From assembly GCA_048881705.1 (NCBI GenBank), contig JBHLSH010000072.1, forward strand, positions 1 through 20,622: DNA of 20,622 nt, given 5' to 3'. Source of the DNA: Candidatus Heimdallarchaeota archaeon. GTDB taxonomy: Archaea > Asgardarchaeota > Heimdallarchaeia > Hodarchaeales > Hodarchaeaceae. The notes under the pieces were generated by a model. The model ran no database searches, was not told the DNA's origin, and saw only the letters and a program-made list of their open reading frames with translations. The position numbers were made by a program, and so were the translations under genes. Positions 15,021 to 20,622 of the stretch are shown here, one piece after another (the stretch's first letter is position 1; each line of letters begins with the position of its first letter).

Positions 15021-16250
15021 CTAGTCAATAAACCGAACTTTCAAACGCAGCTCATTGTCATTGCTTATTGAACTCAACGTAATCCGATCACCATCAGAAA
15101 GAACCTCCCCTAGGGTTACATCCTCAGGAATATGATGATTTCCTCGAAATCCGATATACTCAGTATGATTTCTATGACCCATTTCTTCCAATATGGATCG
15201 AAATAAGGAGTTCCTGCTTACACGGATCTCAGCTAGCTTTTTTCGTGAAGTAAATAATGATCCACAGACCAAACAGTCATGGTCAGGCACAAGATCGAAG
15301 GAATTAACCGTTCCAGTCAATGCAGAGTAAATTGTAAGGTGGGGAATCCGGTATCGATTTTCCTTTTGCAGTCTCTCAAGCGTAGATTTTTCATTCTTTT
15401 TTAGCTGAGACTTTTTTTCGAGAAAAAGGGCCTTGACGATTTCTTGGCTTTGAATGCCACTAATGACAGCATTGACGGTCACAAGACTTGGAACATGGAA
15501 GAGTATCATCTGAAGAAGCTCCATCTTTTCAAATTGTCCGAAATTATACTCCACCGCATAACGATTGGCCCGTTCAAATAGCCAAGCTACCTCCTCCGTT
15601 GAATTCTCATCTGGCATCCGTTGATATGTTGTATTAAAATCATACAAGGCCTTCCAACCGCAATGTTCTCTGATGCGTGGTATGCCGACTAAAGTACAGG
15701 GTTCAGTAAGGACCTGGAATTCTTCGGGTGGCAATGGATTATCACATGCCAGGCACGCTGAGGTTTCACGTTTCACATATTGAACCTGCCCAAAAAAACC
15801 GTCAGTTGCAGAATCGATATAGGGTTTGTACAGTTCAATGGCTTGTGCATTCAGAAATTGTCGTCCAATAAAGTTGTCAACACAACCTGCAATAATATCG
15901 ACTTCCTCAAACACCCTTTGTGGAATCGTTTGGAGGGGTTGACCGTAAATATCAACCTTCAGATCAGGATTCAGCCTTTTTGTTATTTCCTGTTTCGCTA
16001 TGACAACCTTTTGATCTCCAACATCCTTCTCACCAAACAACATTTGTCGATTTAGATTGGAGAATTCCACCGTATCCTGATCTACTAGAATGAGTCTTCC
16101 AATCCCAAGAAGCGCCAGATTTTTCGCTACCTCGCTCCCTGTCCCTCCTACGCCTGCTATGAGGACACTAGAGGTTGAAACTAGCTGTTGATCCCATATT
16201 ATAAGCCTTTCTTGGCGATCATACCTTGAGGCCCTAGAATCCCTTATCAT
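15021..16250 (-). CDS. Ubiquitin-like activating enzyme E1 (UBA2/UBA3-type architecture)
   Basis: RYDRQ, GVGGTG nucleotide loop, DQDTVEFSNLNRQMLF, CVDNFIGR, Zn pairs CLAC and CLVC, catalytic Cys motif EPCTLVGIPRIREHC (Cys185, 15696-15698), C-terminal ubiquitin-fold-like domain. Confidence 0.93.
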   Translation of the reverse strand: MIRDSRASRYDRQERLIIWDQQLVSTSSVLIAGVGGTGSEVAKNLALLGIGRLILVDQDTVEFSNLNRQMLFGEKDVGDQKVVIAKQEITKRLNPDLKVDIYGQPLQTIPQRVFEEVDIIAGCVDNFIGRQFLNAQAIELYKPYIDSATDGFFGQVQYVKRETSACLACDNPLPPEEFQVLTEPCTLVGIPRIREHCGWKALYDFNTTYQRMPDENSTEEVAWLFERANRYAVEYNFGQFEKMELLQMILFHVPSLVTVNAVISGIQSQEIVKALFLEKKSQLKKNEKSTLERLQKENRYRIPHLTIYSALTGTVNSFDLVPDHDCLVCGSLFTSRKKLAEIRVSRNSLFRSILEEMGHRNHTEYIGFRGNHHIPEDVTLGEVLSDGDRITLSSISNDNELRLKVRFID

Positions 16251-16346
16251 TTAGTATTAAACAACCTTGAATCAGACGAACTTCCGTTAATATGGAAGAT
16301 TGCCCTGCCAGCTACGACTAGATTCCATGCCTTGGAAATGGAAGGG

Positions 16347-16598
16347 TTAACCACCTTTAATCTGGTCTGGAACAATCATTAGCATCGAATTTTGTTCTAT
16401 TCCATATGAATTCAAGGTGTTTGAGGGATTTAGCCGACGTCCCTTGTACAATAGGGCGATGGGAACCACCTCAGGGATATTAAATGCATCTCGTGCAGCA
16501 GAAATTGCCTGAAACACATTTCCTTGCAGATTTACATACTTCTCCTTGACGTTTTGATCTGGCGGCAATTGAGGATCCTTGAATCGAACTTTAATCAT
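16347..16598 (-). CDS. Ubiquitin-like modifier with C-terminal di-glycine
   Basis: LLYKGRRLNPSNTLNSYGIEQNSMLMIVPDQIKGG-stop aligns with ubiquitin [34 protein letters not shown]. ATG 16598 (83 aa) is preferred because GGAGGG lies upstream; GTG 16652 would give 101 aa. Confidence 0.92.
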   Translation of the reverse strand: MIKVRFKDPQLPPDQNVKEKYVNLQGNVFQAISAARDAFNIPEVVPIALLYKGRRLNPSNTLNSYGIEQNSMLMIVPDQIKGG

Positions 16599-16693
16599 CT
16601 TTTCAATGCCCTCCGAAGGGGGAGCGCGCTTGGAGCCTGAATCCCAGACCACATCTTTTTTCTTGCTAATTGAAATTCACCTTTGTATCTTTG

Positions 16694-17485
16694 CTAAACA
16701 TATAACAATCGTTCAATTTCTGACAATGTTTCCAGAAGATCAATTCGACCTTTGGCATAATCCTCCAAGGGCCCACGGATGAGTGGATATTTCGCGAGAA
16801 TTTCGCTCTCTAGACCAATCGGATAATTTTTCTTCCGTTTAATATTAAAGTTAATGACATCCCCCGTTTCCGCGTAAAATCGAACTGATATCTCTTTTTT
16901 AGAAAAAGAAGCATCGTAATTGCTCAGAATCTTCTGAATCAGAGGATCGTGTTCTTTTCTTTCGGTTGGAGACACCCCCGCAGTTGGAACAGGGCTTTCA
17001 CCCATTACTTCCGGTAGTGCGATCGAGGCCCGACGATGGATTTCCTCCAACACATCTAGCACGGAGCTTTTCTCAGGTCGCCACTCTTTCATAGATTCTA
17101 ATTCGGTCATCTCACAATCCAAAATCTCCCGTAATTTTGCGGGACCATCAATATAGGGGCGGTCAGGAAGGTCATCTAATACGAGAAGAAGGGTGAACGC
17201 GTACTGCCCGACCTGCATTTTAATCCTGAGCTTACCGATCTCATCACCCACATATTCTCCTGGGAAATTCTCCAGAATTTCCTGGGCGGTTTGGTATATT
17301 CGGTAATACACTTCAGACTCGATCTCTTCATCCAAACCTTGCTCGACTTCGGCAGGGGCCACGGATCTCTTCAAATAGTTGGTTAAATCACAATACTCAC
17401 ATTTAACCGCCTGTCCAGTGGTAGGTCTGTAAGGAAGGGGTGCCCCACAGCCGTTACAGGTGCTTACTTCAGTTAGCGCTGCCAT
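16694..17485 (-). CDS. Zn-ribbon plus UEV/RWD-like (inactive UBC-fold) protein
   Basis: N-terminal CNGCGAPL...CEYC. Central FTLLLVLDDLPDRPYI...LESMKEWRPEKSSVLDVLEEI resembles UEV/UBC-fold termini such as TSG101 YLPYLHEWKHPQSDLLGLIQ. No HPN motif. A second similar unit may lie at the C-terminus. Confidence 0.6.
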   Translation of the reverse strand: MAALTEVSTCNGCGAPLPYRPTTGQAVKCEYCDLTNYLKRSVAPAEVEQGLDEEIESEVYYRIYQTAQEILENFPGEYVGDEIGKLRIKMQVGQYAFTLLLVLDDLPDRPYIDGPAKLREILDCEMTELESMKEWRPEKSSVLDVLEEIHRRASIALPEVMGESPVPTAGVSPTERKEHDPLIQKILSNYDASFSKKEISVRFYAETGDVINFNIKRKKNYPIGLESEILAKYPLIRGPLEDYAKGRIDLLETLSEIERLLYV

Positions 17486-17537
17486 AGGGAGATCCTCTAA
17501 ATCAATAGCAGTATCTACTCGTAATCCTGATTGCTGG

Positions 17538-17549
17538 TTTTTAAAGCTT
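17538..17549 (-). promoter_or_regulatory. Putative TATA box for the UEV-Ubl-E1 transcription unit
   Basis: Minus strand reads AAGCTTTAAAAA about 53 nt upstream of ATG 17485, with GAGGA just upstream of that ATG. Confidence 0.4.
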
Positions 17550-17903
17550 CATGATGAAGATCGTGTTCTTCGACCTCCTGAATCCTGACACAGTTTTCTT
17601 CTTAAAAAGGTGCCAATTTTTGAAAATCGCACCTCAGAATTATTTAAAATCCCGCTATTGCCCTTTTTGGAGTTTGATCAGGATTTTAAACCTCCTCATG
17701 ATTCAATTAATCTCATAAGAGTACTGCTTTGTGAGACAGAATAGGAGAATATTACATGAGATTGCCCTCTTTTCACGATCTGAGGCCCAAATTCAGCGAT
17801 ACTGATGTCCTTCCTCTCTCTTATGATCCTAAGGAATATATAATATAAAATTCTTGTCCGTGGTACGGATTTTATCTTTTTATTGCATGCTGAGGAATAG
17901 AAT

Positions 17904-19754
17904 TTGGTTGATGCTGTTAGTAATGGGCTCCATCATCTAGAACAGCTATTGTACGAAGGTAAATTCCCCGAAGCTTTCGACCTCGTGAAACATCTTGAAA
18001 ACCAATTCGATCTTCATTCAACGGATCAGTTGCAGGTTCAATTCCTAAAGAGCGAGCTCATGAGACGTCTCGGACAGTTTAGAAAAGCGCTCGCAATAGC
18101 TGAAGAAGTTCTTAAAGACAGCCAACAATTGATTGAACCTCTATACGGAATTGATGCCCTTCTTGTCAAGATGAAAATAACTCTCTCATTTCTTCAAATT
18201 CCAGAGACTTCTAATGTCATTGAACAGATTGGTGAACTTCTTCCCCTTCTCTCAAAAACCACTGTTGCTGACATTAATCCAAGAAAAGCCACCTTAGTGT
18301 GGGGAAAAGCTCATTATCATCTGTTAAAAAATGATCAGGATCGAGCGCTTGTATTAGCTCAAGAAAGCTTAGGGTTACGCCAAGAACTTAGAAATAAAGC
18401 TGCAATTGCTGACTCTTTGCATGTCATTGGCAGTATCTTTTATTCGAAAGGCAAATTAAATCGTTCTATGGAATATTATCAAAGATCGTTAACTTTAAGG
18501 GAAGAAATTGGAAATAAACAAGATATTGCTTCCTCATTGAATGCTTTAGGTCGCATTTATTTCCTAAATGATAATTTCCAAAAGGCATCCGAATACCTTG
18601 AGCTAAGTCTAGCAATACATCGGGAAATTGGTAACAAGCTTTTAATTAATAATGTACTCGAAAATCTTGGCTGGATGGCTCGGTATCGAGGTGAGCTAAA
18701 CTTAGCTCTACGCTATTATAACCAACTTCGGGAATATGCGGAAGAAATTGGGTTCCCGACACATTTTTCAATTTTTCATATTGGTTTGATTCATGGCTTA
18801 CAAGGAGAACCAGATCTCGCTTTAGAGTATATGGAACAGAGTATAACAGAAGTACGTAAGTCTTTCGGTAGAACCTACGGCTTTGCTTGGTCTCTCAATC
18901 GACTTGCCAAGCTGTACCGAGAGAAGGGAGATTCTGAACAAGCCATTAAACATTTAATGGAGAGTCTAGCAATATCCGAGGAATTTCAGGAGACATACTC
19001 TTTTCGTTTGGTAATGTCGGAGACTCTCTTTTATTTATTTTCTATTGCTCTTGATCAAAATTTTCCTAATCGCGCCAGTGAATACTTAAAATACCTTGAG
19101 AAGTTGACGGAGCAACATGCTCCATCCTCAGAAGGAAGTGATCTTATTACTCATCGTTGTCGTGTGGCTCAAGCTCTGTTATTGAAAACCAGTCCTCGGA
19201 TTAAAGACAAAGCGCGCGCCCAAGAGCTCCTTCATCAAGTCGTTAATGAAGAAAAAGTGGATCATGACCTTGCAGTAATGGCGTTGCTAATTCTATGTGA
19301 GTTATTCTTACTAGAATTGCAGATGTCTGGTGCGCAAGAAGTTTTGGATGAGGTCAAGGCTTTTACAAGACGATTACTTATGATTGCGAAACAGCAACCC
19401 TCATTCTGGCTGCTGGCAGAAACATACGTTTTAAAGTCTCGATTGGCCTTGTTCGAGTTAGATCTTCAGAGTACCAGTCAGTTCTTAGATCAAGCTCTCC
19501 TTCTTGCAGAGGAGAAAGGGCTCAAGAGGTTAGCAGTAAAAATCTATTCCGAACAAAACCAATTTCGGGATCAAATGGAACATTGGGAGCGTCTGATCAA
19601 ACAAAAAGCTCCTCCGAGTGAACGCTTAGAATTAGCTCAATTAGAGTCTTTAATTCGTCGAATGGCTAACAGACAACTAGAAATTACGGAGGAAGAAACA
19701 CTGGCTTATGCTCAAAGGGCTCAGGAATTAGTGAAAGGATGGGAGAATAAATAA
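17904..19754 (+). CDS. Large TPR-repeat protein (40-aa periodic repeats)
   Basis: Tandem 40-residue units such as SLGLRQELRNKAAIADSLHVIGSIFYSKGKLNRSMEYYQR / SLTLREEIGNKQDIASSLNALGRIYFLNDNFQKASEYLEL / SLAIHREIGNK...; all-helical pattern; TTG start. Confidence 0.88.
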   Translation: MVDAVSNGLHHLEQLLYEGKFPEAFDLVKHLENQFDLHSTDQLQVQFLKSELMRRLGQFRKALAIAEEVLKDSQQLIEPLYGIDALLVKMKITLSFLQIPETSNVIEQIGELLPLLSKTTVADINPRKATLVWGKAHYHLLKNDQDRALVLAQESLGLRQELRNKAAIADSLHVIGSIFYSKGKLNRSMEYYQRSLTLREEIGNKQDIASSLNALGRIYFLNDNFQKASEYLELSLAIHREIGNKLLINNVLENLGWMARYRGELNLALRYYNQLREYAEEIGFPTHFSIFHIGLIHGLQGEPDLALEYMEQSITEVRKSFGRTYGFAWSLNRLAKLYREKGDSEQAIKHLMESLAISEEFQETYSFRLVMSETLFYLFSIALDQNFPNRASEYLKYLEKLTEQHAPSSEGSDLITHRCRVAQALLLKTSPRIKDKARAQELLHQVVNEEKVDHDLAVMALLILCELFLLELQMSGAQEVLDEVKAFTRRLLMIAKQQPSFWLLAETYVLKSRLALFELDLQSTSQFLDQALLLAEEKGLKRLAVKIYSEQNQFRDQMEHWERLIKQKAPPSERLELAQLESLIRRMANRQLEITEEETLAYAQRAQELVKGWENK

Positions 19755-19846
19755 CCTCCTTTTTGTTATGTCCGTCAGGATAATATTCCCTCAAATTATT
19801 TATAATAGGCTCCATTACTGTTAGCAATTAATAAGGTGACATCGTA

Positions 19847-20392
19847 TTGCAGGATTTACACTCGAGACGCCTACGGGAAGAATTCAAGAGAATGCTCAAG
19901 GTATATCCTCCCAAGACAAGCCCAATACAGTGGAAAATTGTAAACAATGATCTCCATCATTATAGAGCCTGGATCAAGGGCCGAGAGGGAACTCCTTACG
20001 AAGGTGGAACCTGGGAAATCGCTGTAGAATTGCCTCCCAGCTATCCTTTTAAACCACCTGTCTGTAATTTCGTTACTCAGATCTATCATCCGAACATTGC
20101 GGTAGGGGAAACACGATGGAAATGGGGATCTAATGTCTGTTTAAGTTTAGTGAATTGGAATAATCTTGGTCAAACGGGGGGCTGGAAAGAAACCATTACC
20201 CTCCCGAGCGTGTTTGAACATCTAGAAATGATGCTAGAAGTCTACCAAACAACTGGAACGGATGATTTTCCGGAATATCTAGTCGACCCAAATGATCCCT
20301 TTAATCCTGATGCTGGTAAAGAAATGAGAGAGGAGTTTAGTACCTTTTGGAACAAGGCGGTCACGTGGACCAAAAAATTTGCTTCCTCCTAG
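19847..20392 (+). CDS. Ubiquitin-conjugating enzyme E2 (UBC fold)
   Basis: RRLREEF helix 1, IKGREGTPYEGG, LPPSYPFKPP, TQIYHPNI, catalytic Cys98 in SNVCLSL (20138-20140), DPNDPFNPDAG, AVTWTKKFA. TTG start with AAGGTGA upstream. Confidence 0.95.
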   Translation: MQDLHSRRLREEFKRMLKVYPPKTSPIQWKIVNNDLHHYRAWIKGREGTPYEGGTWEIAVELPPSYPFKPPVCNFVTQIYHPNIAVGETRWKWGSNVCLSLVNWNNLGQTGGWKETITLPSVFEHLEMMLEVYQTTGTDDFPEYLVDPNDPFNPDAGKEMREEFSTFWNKAVTWTKKFASS

Positions 20393-20419
20393 CTTTTACA
20401 TCGTAACGGGGGACATTTG

Positions 20420-20622
20420 ATGCCAAAAAAAACCTTTACGAACCGTTCAGATTCAGAGGATCCGAAAGAACTTCCCGTCGAATTGGAATCTAAAGTATCC
20501 TCAATTACTCTACTTGGTTCCCTTTTAGATGAAATGACTCAACACGCCCAGCAGGCAATCCCTCGTGAAGCCATTGGACTCCTTGGTGGTAAAGAGTTCC
20601 GTACCAACGAACTCCTCATCAC
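20420..20622 (+). CDS. JAB1/MPN (JAMM) metallo-isopeptidase, 5' part only (runs off the window)
   Basis: Manual translation: MPKKTFTNRSDSEDPKELPVELESKVSSITLLGSLLDEMTQHAQQAIPREAIGLLGGKEFRTNELLI. The H-A-x3-P-x-E-x2-G-L-L-x-G pattern is the MPN N-terminus with its catalytic Glu. The HxH...D motif lies beyond the window. Confidence 0.82.
   Translation, partial: MPKKTFTNRSDSEDPKELPVELESKVSSITLLGSLLDEMTQHAQQAIPREAIGLLGGKEFRTNELLI

Noticed and set aside
16281-16337. Two short hairpins between Ubl and E1 that might raise the Ubl:E1 transcript ratio
   Set aside because: The stems are about 5 bp; the idea is plausible but unsupported without transcript data.
15021-16652. Reading E1 plus Ubl as a ThiF/MoeB-ThiS/MoaD sulfur-relay or SAMP system
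   Set aside because: The E1 has a UBA3-like catalytic-Cys domain and a C-terminal ubiquitin-fold domain, the modifier aligns with ubiquitin, E2 and JAMM genes are nearby, and no thiamine, molybdopterin or tRNA-thiolation genes are present.
12672-16652. Calling the locus a UFMylation system because of the UFL1-like repeats
   Set aside because: The modifier ends in GG rather than the single-Gly VG of UFM1, and the E1 is UBA2/UBA3-like rather than UBA5-like. The UFL1 resemblance is from memory and unverified.
17551-17718. 55-aa plus-strand ORF MMKIVFFDLLNPDTVFFLK...
   Set aside because: It is short, has no ribosome-binding site, starts immediately beside the predicted TATA of the minus-strand operon and covers its upstream region, and has no convincing family match.
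645-20089. Many short antisense or alternate-frame ORFs in the track (e.g. 645-830, 1738-2187, 5745-5990, 6381-6653, 8891-9175, 9967-10323, 11694-12152, 14089-14454, 15780-16055, 19871-20089)
   Set aside because: They overlap well-supported genes and show no recognisable motifs; treated as shadow ORFs.
1-20622. CRISPR arrays, IS elements/transposases, integrases, rRNA
   Set aside because: No spaced direct repeats, terminal inverted repeats, recombinase motifs or rRNA-like sequence were seen.

Overview
Archaeal chromosomal window, very probably from an Asgard archaeon. This is inferred from archaeal-type informational genes sitting beside Roadblock/MglA-MglB, ESCRT-II-like and ubiquitin-system genes; the lineage cannot be fixed from sequence alone. 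The left half (1-10.6 kb) is mostly housekeeping: aIF-2beta, a circularly permuted ribosome-biogenesis GTPase, GlyRS, a TPR protein, two Roadblock proteins with an MglA-type GTPase, YhbY, a prepilin peptidase, a tRNA-Thr(GGT) with two non-canonical introns (15/16 and 59/60), and GINS-S27e-aIF-2alpha-Nop10-Ard1. Nop10 was missed by the ORF track. The right half (10.7-20.6 kb) holds the main finding, an apparently complete eukaryote-like ubiquitin-like conjugation cascade. It comprises a divergent Ubl ending in DQIKGG-stop, a UBA2/UBA3-type E1 with catalytic-Cys and C-terminal ubiquitin-fold domains, an E2 with two insertions around the active Cys, a JAMM/MPN protease cut off by the window end, a Zn-ribbon plus UEV-like protein, and a 588-aa winged-helix-repeat protein with two cross-brace RING/FYVE-like fingers (E3 candidate). 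It lies next to an operon pairing a Vps22/36-like ESCRT-II protein with an SPFH-domain protein. No CRISPR array or mobile element was seen. All family assignments come from motif recognition by eye, not database searches.
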